Shown: positions 26,685 to 37,471, counted from the first letter of the stretch. The stretch: 64,000 nucleotides of DNA from a virus (IMGVR_UViG_2910013374_000001:32001-96000); one strand, 5' to 3'. Translations and numbers: made by a program. The notes: generated from the sequence alone by a model not told the origin.

Positions 26685-26786
26685 AAGCTCTAGAGGAGTT
26701 CTTACCAGAACCAAGCCCGGAATCCTCAGACAGAAGGGGCAGGTCTCGCCACGCCCCGACCCGTCACTTCAAGGAGTTCCCTTCCT

Positions 26787-27416
26787 ATGGCTTCCTGTTC
26801 TCAGTATTCAGCCGCATTCGGCTATCAAGTATTCATCACTCCTGTCAGCGCTTGCGGCGTTGACCTGAACTCAGTCAACGGCGGCGTCGGCGCTGGTGGC
26901 TTCATCGATCCCACAGCTCTTGCTCCTGCAACCGAAAAGATTGTCGAAGGCGCTAGCGCTGCTGAGATTCTCTTGGGCGATCCTGGTGCGAACATCGTTT
27001 ATGACAACGACACTGTAACGACCGAGACAGTGTTCAAGCTCCTGGGCCTGACCAACGCAGCTCTCGAGACTGACACCTCTTCCGAGACCGTCACCACCTA
27101 CGACACCGAGTCAAAGGGTTTCGACCAGAACGTCGCTACCTCCAAGAGCTGGAGCCTCAGCTTGGAAGGTGTGAGCCAGTTCGGCGACTCCGCCTACAAG
27201 GCGCTCCGTCTTCTTGAGCTCAACTCTGTTGCTGGTTCACTCAAGTGCAAGATCGGCCGCATCGGTCCTTCCGGAACTGTTGAGTCCGTTTACGGCTACG
27301 TGACCCTGACCAACTTCTCTGAATCAGTAGAAGCAGGTTCAATCGTTTCCTGGAGCGTGACAGCTACTGGCTACGGTCCGATCTCTATCGATCTGGACAA
27401 CAGCGCCAGCGTTTAG
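26787..27416 (+). CDS. Major tail tube protein
   Basis: ETVTTYD..KGFDQ..TSKSWSLSLEG, GYVTLTNFSES..AGSIVSWS...GYG; strong SD. Confidence 0.85.
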   Translation: MASCSQYSAAFGYQVFITPVSACGVDLNSVNGGVGAGGFIDPTALAPATEKIVEGASAAEILLGDPGANIVYDNDTVTTETVFKLLGLTNAALETDTSSETVTTYDTESKGFDQNVATSKSWSLSLEGVSQFGDSAYKALRLLELNSVAGSLKCKIGRIGPSGTVESVYGYVTLTNFSESVEAGSIVSWSVTATGYGPISIDLDNSASV

Positions 27417-27983
27417 CTGACTGGAGGAGTCGCCTCCGCTTCAGTAACTGATGCCGGCATCGCTATCGCTGACGACATCTACTCGGCCCAGGCCCTGTCA
27501 ACTACAGGGTCCGGCGCTGATGCCACCGCAGACATCGAAGTCTCAGGTGGCACCGTTACCGGCTTCACCATCGTGAACGCCGGCACCGGTTACAAGGTTG
27601 CAGACCAACTGTCCGCAACCCTTCCAGGAGAGGACACCATCACTCCTGGAACTGGCGAGGTTCTCACCACCAGCTTCACCGCTGGCGATGGCCTGGACGC
27701 AGCAGACGAGACCCTTGTTGGTGTCGCCTCTTCTTCCACTACATCGATCTCTGGTGCTGGAGCCAGCTTCGACATCACCATCACCGGTGGTGCAGTTACC
27801 GACGTCCAGCTCAATGCTGCTGGCGCCGACTACGAAGCAGCCGACGAAATCACAATCTTTGCTTCCGATCTTGGAGCAACTACAGGCACCGATCTGGTCA
27901 TCACTGTCGCCACCGTCGACGAAGACACCATTTCAGCAGGTCCAGACGTCACCATCACGGCAGCCGTCTCAACCATCGCCTGA
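27417..27983 (+). CDS. In-frame C-terminal extension of the major tail protein beyond the TAG (two beta-rich decoration domains)
   Basis: Same frame as 26787, no stop for 188 codons, no SD or ATG of its own; two GxGA.A..I...GG.VT....N..G..Y...D repeats. Confidence 0.75.
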   Translation: MTGGVASASVTDAGIAIADDIYSAQALSTTGSGADATADIEVSGGTVTGFTIVNAGTGYKVADQLSATLPGEDTITPGTGEVLTTSFTAGDGLDAADETLVGVASSSTTSISGAGASFDITITGGAVTDVQLNAAGADYEAADEITIFASDLGATTGTDLVITVATVDEDTISAGPDVTITAAVSTIA

Positions 27984-28074
27984 TCATCGACCTGAAGTCC
28001 CCCACCTACCAATCCGCGACTCATCGGCAAGGACAAGGACCACGGAATACCAGGGGCCAGTTGGCCCCTTTTTT

Positions 28075-28248
28075 ATGCACGTTCCCCAGCTGGTTTATGA
28101 CCAACGGCTTGCGATCTGTAGGGGTTGCATCAGATGGCTACCAAGTGATCGCTGTAGTGCTTGTGGCTGCTTCATGTCAGTCAAGGCCAGGGCTGCACAC
28201 ATCAAGTGCCCGTTGGGGTTTTGGGAGACCTGGGCGCCGGAAGCCTGA
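28075..28248 (+). CDS. DUF6171-like Cys-rich small protein
   Basis: RLAICRGC...RCSACGCFM..K......CPLGFW. Confidence 0.75.
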   Translation: MHVPQLVYDQRLAICRGCIRWLPSDRCSACGCFMSVKARAAHIKCPLGFWETWAPEA

Positions 28249-28271
28249 AAGGACGTTGAACAGGCGACCAG

Positions 28272-31200
28272 ATGTCAGGTGGACTTGGAGAAGTCAAGGT
28301 ATCGCTAGGACTTGACACGTCCAAGGCCAAAGGCCAGATGGCGGAGTTCTTCTCCGGCATTGGAAAGAACCCTGTTCAGAATCCTTTTAAGGGCCTCGAC
28401 GAAAGCCTCAAGAAAACAGGCCAGGCCGCTAAGACACTTACAGATCAATTCAAGCCCTTACAAAAGAGTGATCTCCTCAAGGGCATCACAACTTCAACCA
28501 AGCAGGCCAAGACAGATCTCGACAGCCTGGGAACCGCGGGCAAGACCCTCAAGACAACGCTCCAAGGCTTAGGGCAAGGCGGAAATGGACTCAAGACTCT
28601 TGGCACTGACGCCAAGACGGCCTACGGCTCCGTTCAGAATCTCTCTACAGGCGCGAAGACTCTCGGGGCTGCAATCACAGGCCTGAATAGGGCCAAGCCC
28701 CTGCCTGGGATGAAGGCGACGCTGGACCAGATCAATGGCACAGCAAGAACAACCACCACAACCTTCGGGACGCTCAAGACTGCGCTCAACAATGCAGGGC
28801 AAGGCGGCAAGTCGCTGACCCAGTTGCCCACAGGGCTCAACGCCGTCAAGACAGCGCTTCAGGGTGTCAAGAATTCAACGACCGGTGTCGGCACCGAATT
28901 CACGAAGTCCAAGACCGTTGGTGAGGGATTCCTCGACTCAATCAGGAACGGCTTCAAGAATCTGGCGACTGGCATTCCTCAGGGCATCGGCCTCGCACTC
29001 GGCAACGCGATCCTGCAGCCCCTGAAAAACATCGCTGGCGTTATTCCTGCAGCGGTTGAAGAGTTCAGAGCGCTTGATGAGCAGCTCCGCTTAACCCTTG
29101 AAATTTCTGGCGCAGGTGCTTCGAAGTTTGGTGAGCTGCAGCAAGCAGTTCTGGACGTTTCGAGTCAGTTCGCAGCGACGGCTGTCGAGGTCGCAAAGGT
29201 TCAGCAGTCCTTGGCTCGCGCTGGATTCTCGCTCGATGAAATCAAGCAGGCGACCACCGGGGTCATCCAAGGCGCAGAAGCAACTGGCACCAGTTACGAG
29301 CGAATGGGCGACATCGTCGTCTCAGCTCTTGGTGCATTTGGTCTTGCTGCAAGTGACTCGACTGACGTTGTTGACACCCTGACGGTCGCAGCCAACAGCT
29401 CCAACCAGTCAGTCAATGACTTGGGAGAGGCGATCAAATACGTCGGCCCGATCGCGGCATCGACAGGTCAGTCATTGCAAGACGTTTCCCTGGCCCTCGA
29501 ACTGCTAGCCAACAACGGCATCAGGGGTTCACAGGCAGGCACCAGCTTCCGCACGATTCTGACCAACCTCCAGATCGCAGCATCAGGCGCGGGCGAGGAG
29601 TTCATGGGCCTGACTCGAGGCTCCACGCGACTGGCCAAAACCCTGAAGGTGATCGGCGCTGACATGACCGACGCCAATGGCGAACTTCTAACGGGTCGCG
29701 ACTTGATCGAGGAGCTGCAGCGCTCCATGGAAGGTCTGTCGTCTGGAGAGAAGGCGCTGGTCTCCAAAGCGCTTGCCGGCGCTGAAGGGCTGCCCGCAAT
29801 GAACTCCCTGATCAACGCCAGTACAGAGCAGATCGACAAGTTGGCCGAAGGTCTTGAGAACAGGGCAGGCAAAGCAGCTGAGCAGGCGGAGAACGCACTG
29901 GCCGGTCTGTCTGGTTCGTTCAAAGTCCTCGAGTCGAATGTCTCGGCCGCCCTGGTTCAGATCGGCGCGATCATCGCGACAGCACTGAAGCCGCTGATCG
30001 ATGCGGCCACTGCAGTCCTGGCAGCTCTGAATGGGCTCCCCGGTCCGATCAAGAACCTCCTCACCACCCTCGCTCTGCTCGGTACTGCCATCGGCGCGAC
30101 TGTGGTGGCGCTCAATCTCCTCAAAGGCACCAAGGTCTCGGGCTTCTTCCTGGAAGCGGCTGCCGGTGTCAAGAAATGGGCCGCATCGATTGCCACAGCA
30201 AACATCGGAGGGACTCTCACGACCTGGGTGAGCTCGCTCGCTGTTTTTGGGAAGAAGGTCAAGGCCACACTCATCTTGGGCCTCACCAATGCGACCAAGA
30301 GCCTGAACGACTTCAGGAAAACGCTCTCGAGCATCAAGGTCGGGAACATCCTGAACAACCTCACCGAGGGCTTCTCGAACTTCTTCAAGGTCGCCACTAA
30401 GAAGGGCATCCCTGCGGCGATGAACGGCCTCAAGGTCGGAGCAAACGGAGCTTTGGGTGCGCTTAAGGGTCTCTTGCCTGCGATCGGAGGCTTTGTAACC
30501 GCTGCGGCTCCGTTTATCGCAATCGGTGCAGGCATTGTTGCCACATGGGTCGCCATTCAACGCCGTTGGGAAGCAGCCAAGGCCGTTGCAGATCCGCTGG
30601 CGGATTCACAGTCATCGCTTGACGATGCACTTCGCAAGGCGGGAGAAGGCGGAGAAGTCGCCGCCGAGGGCTACACCGGATGGGGCAAAGCCATCGAGGA
30701 CGCACTTGGTCCGCTCGATCGCTTACTAAGTATTGCCAGCCCCCTATACAACGGCATCAAGCTCGTCGCCGAGGTTCTCGGCAAGGTCGACAACTGGAGC
30801 CGCAACAACGCCGCTGTCCAGCAGGTCAACGACGAGTATGCGAAGTTCCAGAAGTCGATGGATGCGACCAATCGGAAGATCAGCGAGAACCGCGATGCGA
30901 TGTCACGACTCAACCCGGAGTCGGAAGAGTTCGGGCGGCTGGCAACTGAGAACGCTGAACTGATCAAGGCTGAGAAGAATGCCGTTCAGGACCGCATCAA
31001 AGCGATCGACAGCACGATCGCAAAACTCAAAGAGAACGAAGGAGCGAACCGCAGAACGATCGATGCCCTCGAGGAGATGAAGGGCAAGTACCAGGATCAG
31101 CTCCCCGTCATCGAGGCGAACGAAGCCTTGCTGCGTGAAGAAAGACAGACCTATGAGGAGCTCAGCGGATCTGTTCAGAACTACACGCTGAGGCTTGATG

Positions 31201-34200
31201 AAGCCACCGAAGCAAGAGAGAAATCATTCTCAAAAGCAGATACTCAGGTCATCTACGACGAACTGGAGGCTTACAACGCGCTTAAGGAAGGCCTGATCAA
31301 CGAAGCCGAGGAGCGTGCAATCAATGCCAAGGCGGCTCTCAATGCAAGTGACGCCAAGATCAAGGCCGTCAACAACGAGATGACGGAGATTCAGGCGGCT
31401 TACGACGAAGGCGCGATCTCCCTCGATCAGTACGAAAAGCGGATGGATGCGGCCTATAAGGCCATGGAAGGCCTGACGGAAGGCCGGATCGAGACTGAAA
31501 GGGCAGCAACGGAAGCAATCAGGGCAGCGGTCGAATCGCGCATCGCTGAGTACGAGAGAGAAGCTCAGGGTGTGGCTTCAGCGATCCAGAAGATCAACAC
31601 CGCCATCGGCGAGATTCAGCAGGTTCGTGGGACTGGTATCTCAGCGTTCAAGACCCTGGCTCAGGAGGTCACAAACGCAGAGATTGCTGGGATCGATAGG
31701 GCGAAGACAGCTCGAGATCAAGCCATCGATAACAACCTGCAGAACCGGCTCAGGGCAATCGAGAAAGCTGGCTACGGAGAGAAGACAGCAGCAAGGAAGA
31801 AGAGGCAAGCGGAAGCCAATGCCGAGTCCGCACGCATGGACGCCGAGCGCAGCTACGTCAACGAGCGCAGGAACATCATGCAGAAACAGATCGACTTCGA
31901 GAAGAAAGCACTCGAAGCTCAGATCGCTCTCAAGAAGGTCGAGCTCGAACTTTGGTATGAGCAGGCAAGGGTCTCGTCAGAATTGGCCATTGCGCAGAAC
32001 GCTGCAGCCCAAGCACGAGCAGAAAACAGCGGTGACAAGAAATTGATCGAGGCCCTCGAGAAGGAGGAAGAGATCTTGAAGAAGCAGCTCGGTCAGCTGG
32101 ACCAGATGAAGAAGCTGAAGGGCGCGGTCCTGAAGGTCGAAGAAGACATCGGCAAACAGCAGATCTCAACCAAGGCCAGCGCTGAGGGTGTCGCCTCTGG
32201 TTACGGCACCGTCGTCACGAGTATCGAGTCGGTCAGCAGCGCTCTCGATGGCTTCCTGGGCGAGACGCAGCAGCTCGAGAAGTCCTGGGAGCCGCTGAAG
32301 AAAGGATTGGGCGAGATCCCCATGGACGTGAAACAACGCGTCGAAGAATCCAAACGGATCATCGAACAAGGCTTTGGCGAAGTTTCCTTCGAAGGACTCA
32401 AGCAGTCCTTGCTGGATCGTGGCTTTACCCCTGCTATTGCCGAACAGACCGCCAAGAGACTCACGAGCGCTTTCGAAACCGAGTCCGTACTGGCTGGTGA
32501 CATTGCTGCCAAAAACATCCTCGATCGTTTTGGCGATGCGATCCCAAAGGATCTGATCAAAGATCAACTCATCAACGCTTTCGTCGATGGCGCAAACGTC
32601 TCACTCGCAGAAGCTGAGCGTCGCTTCTCCGAGCTACCCAACAAGCTTTCTGCCGAGAAGGCAGCCCGGACTCTGGCCCTCGCTCTCGAAGGGGGTGTCA
32701 ACGCGGGCTACGCGGCTCTAGCGAACACACCACTCCCTCCTGGTCTGTTCAGCGGTGCAGGCGAGAAGCTCACAACAGAGATCAACTATGCAACGGAAAC
32801 GGCCAAGCCCGCGCTTGAAGGACTCGGCCAAGTAGGTCGGGCCAGCCTCGACCAGATGACGCTGGGCCTGGGATCCTCCTCCATCGAAATTGCAGAGTTC
32901 GCTCTCACCTCTGGCCAGCAGATCGCGCAAGGTTTCTCCGAGGGGAGCCGCGAAGGCTTCAACGCCATCGGAGAGGTGGCTAAGGACGGCCTTTCAACCA
33001 TCCCGACCTTCTTCAACAACAACATCGTCAGTGACATGAGCCAGGGTTTCATCACCCTTGCTGACAACTTCTCCGGCTTCTCTCAAGGGGCTGGCCAATC
33101 ACTGAATCAGTCACTGGCGGAAGGCCTTGACGAGGCAGCAACAGTTGCAGCCCCGAGATTCGTTCAGAGCATTGGCGACGTGATCATCCCAGGCATGGGC
33201 ACCATCACAGCAGCTCTGACCAATGATTTTGGGGAGGCTGGAAAAATTGCCGGTCAAATCTTCGGTGAAGAAAACACCACCGCTTTCTTGCAAAAAGCAG
33301 AGGGAATCAAGAACGGACTGATCGAGTACTTCACCGGCGGGGACCTGGACACTGTGATCAGCGGAGCGGGTGAGACCAATGGCTTCAACTTTGCCAATGG
33401 CTTCACTCAGGAATCGATCCCAGTGATCAACGAGTTCGCCAGTACCGTCGGCGAACGATTCGGGAATCTGATCCCCAAGGAGGCCATCATTGGCAACCTG
33501 CGCTTTGCCTTAGAAGACGGCACTTTCCAGGGCACTGAGCGGGCCAACGAGATCATCGCCGGTTTGCCTGACGCGATCCCCAGGGAAGAGGTCGCCAGAA
33601 TTTTGGGAACAGGCTTCGAAGAAGGAGCGGCTGTAGGCGAAGACTTCCTCAACAACATCAAGCTCGAAGGCGACACGATCGAAGAGATCGAGAGAGACCT
33701 TGCGTCCGGACTTGAGGGAGGTGCCGAAGACGGCGCCAAGAAGATCACCGAGAAGATTGATGAGACCAAAGATCCCGCTGCAGAAAAGATCGCCGACGCC
33801 ATTGGCAGCGGATTCTCCGAGGGAGCTCAGAAAGGTGGAGAGGAAGTGATCAAGTGGTCGGAAGATGCTGGCGTGAAGATCGGGGACAACCTGTCCAAGG
33901 GCGCTGAGGGTGCTTCCGAAAAAATCGTCAAAGCTTTCGACAACGAGTTCAAAGTCCTCAAAGAGGACATTGCCAACCTTGGGGATGAGATCGATGTCCA
34001 GAAAATCGAGAAGGCGATCAACAAGGGACTCAGCGAACCGATCAAGAAAGCCTCTGAGGAAATGGGCAACATCCGCCTTCCTGAAGGCTTTGCCGCCACG
34101 TTGACAGAAGCGGGAGAGGGCGCCAAGTCGATCGCCCAATCCAACTTCGCTCAGGAGCTACGCGGAGCAGCGAACGCAGCCAGGCCACTGGCAAGCAACA

Positions 34201-34736
34201 CCAGGCCCCTGTCATCGAATATCAGGAGAGCGGTCGGCCCTGCCAACTCATTGGCCCGCGCTCTGGAACGTGCCGCACGTGCCGCAGCAAGAGCAGCCGC
34301 CGCAAGATTCGCCGGTGGCCCTGTTGAAGGCGGTCAGACCTACACGGTCAACGAGCTCGGGAAAGAGATGTTCATGTCCAAGTCAGGCAGCCTCTCGGAG
34401 ATCAAGGCTCCCGCATTCGGAGACTGGCGAGCACCATCGAGCGGAACTGTTATCCCTGCAGGTATCGCCCAACAGATCCGCGACAACCGTGAAGCACAGT
34501 CAGCCGCTCAACAGATCCAATCTGTCCAGGGCGCAGTTTCTCCACGCTTGTCCGGCGAGGGCGGTGGCGGCAGCGACATGTCCAACGCAATCCTCAAGGG
34601 CCTCAAGGGTCTGGGCGGTGGCACCAATCAGCAGGTGACCAACAACGTCCAGATCACCAGCCAGGCTCCGGTCAACGATGCCTCTCGCATTCTCACTGAC
34701 CTGGCTCGACTCAGGAGCCAACGACGACGACGCTGA
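28272..34736 (+). CDS. Tail tape measure protein
   Basis: 2154 aa; TP901-type core (LARAGFS, LGEAIKYVGP, LANNGIRGSQAGTSFR); C-terminal RFAGGPV....Y.VNE.G.E. Confidence 0.95.
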   Translation: MSGGLGEVKVSLGLDTSKAKGQMAEFFSGIGKNPVQNPFKGLDESLKKTGQAAKTLTDQFKPLQKSDLLKGITTSTKQAKTDLDSLGTAGKTLKTTLQGLGQGGNGLKTLGTDAKTAYGSVQNLSTGAKTLGAAITGLNRAKPLPGMKATLDQINGTARTTTTTFGTLKTALNNAGQGGKSLTQLPTGLNAVKTALQGVKNSTTGVGTEFTKSKTVGEGFLDSIRNGFKNLATGIPQGIGLALGNAILQPLKNIAGVIPAAVEEFRALDEQLRLTLEISGAGASKFGELQQAVLDVSSQFAATAVEVAKVQQSLARAGFSLDEIKQATTGVIQGAEATGTSYERMGDIVVSALGAFGLAASDSTDVVDTLTVAANSSNQSVNDLGEAIKYVGPIAASTGQSLQDVSLALELLANNGIRGSQAGTSFRTILTNLQIAASGAGEEFMGLTRGSTRLAKTLKVIGADMTDANGELLTGRDLIEELQRSMEGLSSGEKALVSKALAGAEGLPAMNSLINASTEQIDKLAEGLENRAGKAAEQAENALAGLSGSFKVLESNVSAALVQIGAIIATALKPLIDAATAVLAALNGLPGPIKNLLTTLALLGTAIGATVVALNLLKGTKVSGFFLEAAAGVKKWAASIATANIGGTLTTWVSSLAVFGKKVKATLILGLTNATKSLNDFRKTLSSIKVGNILNNLTEGFSNFFKVATKKGIPAAMNGLKVGANGALGALKGLLPAIGGFVTAAAPFIAIGAGIVATWVAIQRRWEAAKAVADPLADSQSSLDDALRKAGEGGEVAAEGYTGWGKAIEDALGPLDRLLSIASPLYNGIKLVAEVLGKVDNWSRNNAAVQQVNDEYAKFQKSMDATNRKISENRDAMSRLNPESEEFGRLATENAELIKAEKNAVQDRIKAIDSTIAKLKENEGANRRTIDALEEMKGKYQDQLPVIEANEALLREERQTYEELSGSVQNYTLRLDEATEAREKSFSKADTQVIYDELEAYNALKEGLINEAEERAINAKAALNASDAKIKAVNNEMTEIQAAYDEGAISLDQYEKRMDAAYKAMEGLTEGRIETERAATEAIRAAVESRIAEYEREAQGVASAIQKINTAIGEIQQVRGTGISAFKTLAQEVTNAEIAGIDRAKTARDQAIDNNLQNRLRAIEKAGYGEKTAARKKRQAEANAESARMDAERSYVNERRNIMQKQIDFEKKALEAQIALKKVELELWYEQARVSSELAIAQNAAAQARAENSGDKKLIEALEKEEEILKKQLGQLDQMKKLKGAVLKVEEDIGKQQISTKASAEGVASGYGTVVTSIESVSSALDGFLGETQQLEKSWEPLKKGLGEIPMDVKQRVEESKRIIEQGFGEVSFEGLKQSLLDRGFTPAIAEQTAKRLTSAFETESVLAGDIAAKNILDRFGDAIPKDLIKDQLINAFVDGANVSLAEAERRFSELPNKLSAEKAARTLALALEGGVNAGYAALANTPLPPGLFSGAGEKLTTEINYATETAKPALEGLGQVGRASLDQMTLGLGSSSIEIAEFALTSGQQIAQGFSEGSREGFNAIGEVAKDGLSTIPTFFNNNIVSDMSQGFITLADNFSGFSQGAGQSLNQSLAEGLDEAATVAAPRFVQSIGDVIIPGMGTITAALTNDFGEAGKIAGQIFGEENTTAFLQKAEGIKNGLIEYFTGGDLDTVISGAGETNGFNFANGFTQESIPVINEFASTVGERFGNLIPKEAIIGNLRFALEDGTFQGTERANEIIAGLPDAIPREEVARILGTGFEEGAAVGEDFLNNIKLEGDTIEEIERDLASGLEGGAEDGAKKITEKIDETKDPAAEKIADAIGSGFSEGAQKGGEEVIKWSEDAGVKIGDNLSKGAEGASEKIVKAFDNEFKVLKEDIANLGDEIDVQKIEKAINKGLSEPIKKASEEMGNIRLPEGFAATLTEAGEGAKSIAQSNFAQELRGAANAARPLASNTRPLSSNIRRAVGPANSLARALERAARAAARAAAARFAGGPVEGGQTYTVNELGKEMFMSKSGSLSEIKAPAFGDWRAPSSGTVIPAGIAQQIRDNREAQSAAQQIQSVQGAVSPRLSGEGGGGSDMSNAILKGLKGLGGGTNQQVTNNVQITSQAPVNDASRILTDLARLRSQRRRR

Positions 34737-34737
34737 T

Positions 34738-34798
34738 CGAGGTCCTCTCAAAGACAAGATCTGCGCTCATATATGTATCGCCCGCAGAGCCAAGGGCT
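34738..34798 (+). repeat. Dispersed 61-bp element, copy 4
   Basis: Core at 34738-34765 plus diverged extension. Confidence 0.9.
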
Positions 34799-34831
34799 CC
34801 GGAACCCTGAACCGACGTGATCGACGGTTCT

Positions 34832-35251
34832 GTGGCCTGTATCCAACACCCTGGCATCACCGTCACATTCACCGACGGAACCACTCTGTACAAGGTTCAG
34901 ATCGACAAGTTCACTGCTGAGCCCAGGCAATTCGTTGAGGCCGGCCAACTGACATTCAGTACGTCGGGAACTGCAACCCAGTCAGGCAGCAGCCGTGCGA
35001 ACCGGATGACATGGGCGATCAGCGCCTTCGCAAGCGTCGAGACCTGTTTCAGTCTTGATGAGCTTTATCGCGCCTGGGATGCAGCAAGAGCTTCAGGCCT
35101 GACAGCTGTGGTTGCGATCACCGATCAGACCCGCGTCCGAGACCCGATCAATTCCCCCATTACTGCTTCTGCTGTTTTTACTGCTCCTCCTGTCTTCGAG
35201 CGCCGTTCAGGTGTCACGGACTTGCTGAGCTTCGGACTGACGGAGATCTGA
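34832..35251 (+). CDS. Putative distal tail protein
   Basis: About 140 aa, directly after TMP; GTG 32 nt after CGGAACCCT. Confidence 0.65.
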   Translation: MACIQHPGITVTFTDGTTLYKVQIDKFTAEPRQFVEAGQLTFSTSGTATQSGSSRANRMTWAISAFASVETCFSLDELYRAWDAARASGLTAVVAITDQTRVRDPINSPITASAVFTAPPVFERRSGVTDLLSFGLTEI

Positions 35252-35254
35252 TTC

Positions 35255-37471
35255 ATGGCATGGCTTAACAACACAGCGGTCCGCTGCACGGTCTCCATCA
35301 ACGGCGCGGACTACAGCGACGAGTTCACCGGCGGTTCTCTGTCGGATTCGAGTGTTGTCCAAGGAGGATTCGTCACGACGGGCGGGAGCCTCACCTTTCA
35401 AGACTTACCCGGATTCAGCCGCCTAGAGGACTACGACGACACGAAGTTTGGTCGTGGAGGCATTGTCACGATCGACCTGCAAACCGCAGGTTCTGAGATG
35501 CGCCGCCATCCTCGCGGTCACCTTCGCGTGATCACGGCCACCTATTCGCCAGAGACACGTTCGATGACTGTCGAGGTGGGTTGCCTGCTCACATTGCACA
35601 ACTTGACGAATGACATCACCAACCTGAAATACCTGACGGTCTTCGACTTGCCAAACGAGGCGGGGATGAGCGATCTCAGTGCCGCACTGGCTTCTGAATC
35701 GAAGTTCGCATGGCAAAAGAGCGACGGCTCGATACAGCTCTCTTCCTTCTTCGGATCTGACGGACTCGGCTCCAATAAATACCCGGCTAGGTGGGTCAGC
35801 GTTCGCGATCAGACGGCCATCGCGTCCCAGCCGCTAGGCGGAGGCAATCCAATCCCAGACCTGATCCGGTGCACCTACACCTGGGCAACTGTCGAGTCAG
35901 ACGATGGCGGCGGCGGCGATGGACCAGCTGAGGACATCGATGAAACGGTCTCTGTTTATTGGCTGGAGCACCCCGCTCAACTGAAGAAGACTCAAAAAAT
36001 ATGCACCACTGACTTGGCTGGGACTAGGACCTGCCGACAGGTCGAAGTCAATGACGGCAAGAAATCCTTCTCAGTCACTAAGACCAACAATTCAAGGCGT
36101 GTCTACGGAGCACTCGGTGCCTCTTTATCTAGCGAGATCTCAATCACGGAGGGGCCTGCTGTTGAGCTCGCTGGCGGATACTTCGGCGAGCTCTATGCGT
36201 TCAAGCTTGCTCGAGCTAACTACGTTGCGGCCAACGTTCCCCTCGACGGTCTGAACACGGTCGTCCAAGAGAAGAGAGAGAAGAGCTACGTCTACGGGAC
36301 CGGTGGCGAAGTACTCAAGACCATTGAGTACACCTACAGGAACTACATCTCGGCGATGACTACGAACGACTGGCGAGCAGGAACGTTCGACACTGGCTCT
36401 GAGTACGACCCAGAGAACCCCCCGTCGCAGGGCACTCGTGGATTCTTGACTGACATCCCCTCCGACAAGTTGTACTTATCGCAAAAGGTCACCACTGAGT
36501 GGGAGTACTTCGATGACCGCACGATTGAGAAGAAGTCCACCCTCCAATCAAGTGCTCAGTGCAACGGCGTTGGCATCTTCCCAACCCAAGGCGAGCGAAT
36601 CCTTGAGAACATCGATGCGACCAATAACGGAGTCGAAACTTCGCAGACGCGGACCAGTCGTGGAGGCTTGCTAAATCCTGACCAGCCGCCAAGGAATCCA
36701 GGCACAGCTGCGATTTCAACGAAGTCAGAGGTTTATGAGAACGAGTCTGCGAAATACACACCAACGACTGCTGGATCCATCGTCTTGAACACGAGCGTCC
36801 CTTACACGAATTTGGGCGACACAGAATCACAAGCAAGGACTAGAGCTGCCGCCTACACCCAAAACCAGCGCCAGTTACTCGAGGGCGACGCTGCTGGCAT
36901 CAGGGTGGCCGAATCGATGCGCGAGGAAATCTTTGACTACTACCCAGGGATGCCTTTCAGCTTCTTCGACCCCACGCTTGAGAAACTCATCAAGTTGAGG
37001 ATGAACGCAACGGGGTGGGCTCTTTCGACCAGTCAAGCGATCTTCTCGACCGACGGAGTGTTCATTGGTGTCTCGAATGGCACGGTCACTCTTCCCAGCA
37101 ACGTTGACGCAGTCAGCGCCAACAACGCTTTCGAGGAAGTGCTCTTCAAGAGGAATCAGACGGAAATCGCTGAGGATGCCTTTGAGGTCGCCGATCAAGC
37201 TTGCGACGTTGACCTTGACCTGCTGGCAGCTATCGAAGAGGAGCAGGCAGAACGACTCCTTCCTGACGAGCCCGACCAGATCTTTGAGGCTCTTGTGATT
37301 CAGGTTCCTGAATTTGTCGTGACGACAGGAGCACCTGAGCCGGACGAGATCTTCGTTGTCGACATTCAGAACGATGCGCCACCTGCCAACAAGACCTACG
37401 GAGTGATCAGCGCAGAAGAGTCCTTCGAGGTCATAACCGCGGACACTTTCGAGGTGACAGTTGCCGACTAG
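35255..37471 (+). CDS. Putative tail tip/hub protein
   Basis: Position after Dit-like gene; beta-rich; C-terminal acidic helix and PDxIF repeats. Confidence 0.65.
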   Translation: MAWLNNTAVRCTVSINGADYSDEFTGGSLSDSSVVQGGFVTTGGSLTFQDLPGFSRLEDYDDTKFGRGGIVTIDLQTAGSEMRRHPRGHLRVITATYSPETRSMTVEVGCLLTLHNLTNDITNLKYLTVFDLPNEAGMSDLSAALASESKFAWQKSDGSIQLSSFFGSDGLGSNKYPARWVSVRDQTAIASQPLGGGNPIPDLIRCTYTWATVESDDGGGGDGPAEDIDETVSVYWLEHPAQLKKTQKICTTDLAGTRTCRQVEVNDGKKSFSVTKTNNSRRVYGALGASLSSEISITEGPAVELAGGYFGELYAFKLARANYVAANVPLDGLNTVVQEKREKSYVYGTGGEVLKTIEYTYRNYISAMTTNDWRAGTFDTGSEYDPENPPSQGTRGFLTDIPSDKLYLSQKVTTEWEYFDDRTIEKKSTLQSSAQCNGVGIFPTQGERILENIDATNNGVETSQTRTSRGGLLNPDQPPRNPGTAAISTKSEVYENESAKYTPTTAGSIVLNTSVPYTNLGDTESQARTRAAAYTQNQRQLLEGDAAGIRVAESMREEIFDYYPGMPFSFFDPTLEKLIKLRMNATGWALSTSQAIFSTDGVFIGVSNGTVTLPSNVDAVSANNAFEEVLFKRNQTEIAEDAFEVADQACDVDLDLLAAIEEEQAERLLPDEPDQIFEALVIQVPEFVVTTGAPEPDEIFVVDIQNDAPPANKTYGVISAEESFEVITADTFEVTVAD

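Noticed and set aside
27414-27416. Genome-wide TAG recoding
   Set aside because: Many other genes end in TAG directly before a promoter motif and a new gene (2872, 8617, 20935, 37471, 41067, 49362, 49959, 57958), and long ORFs have no internal TAG
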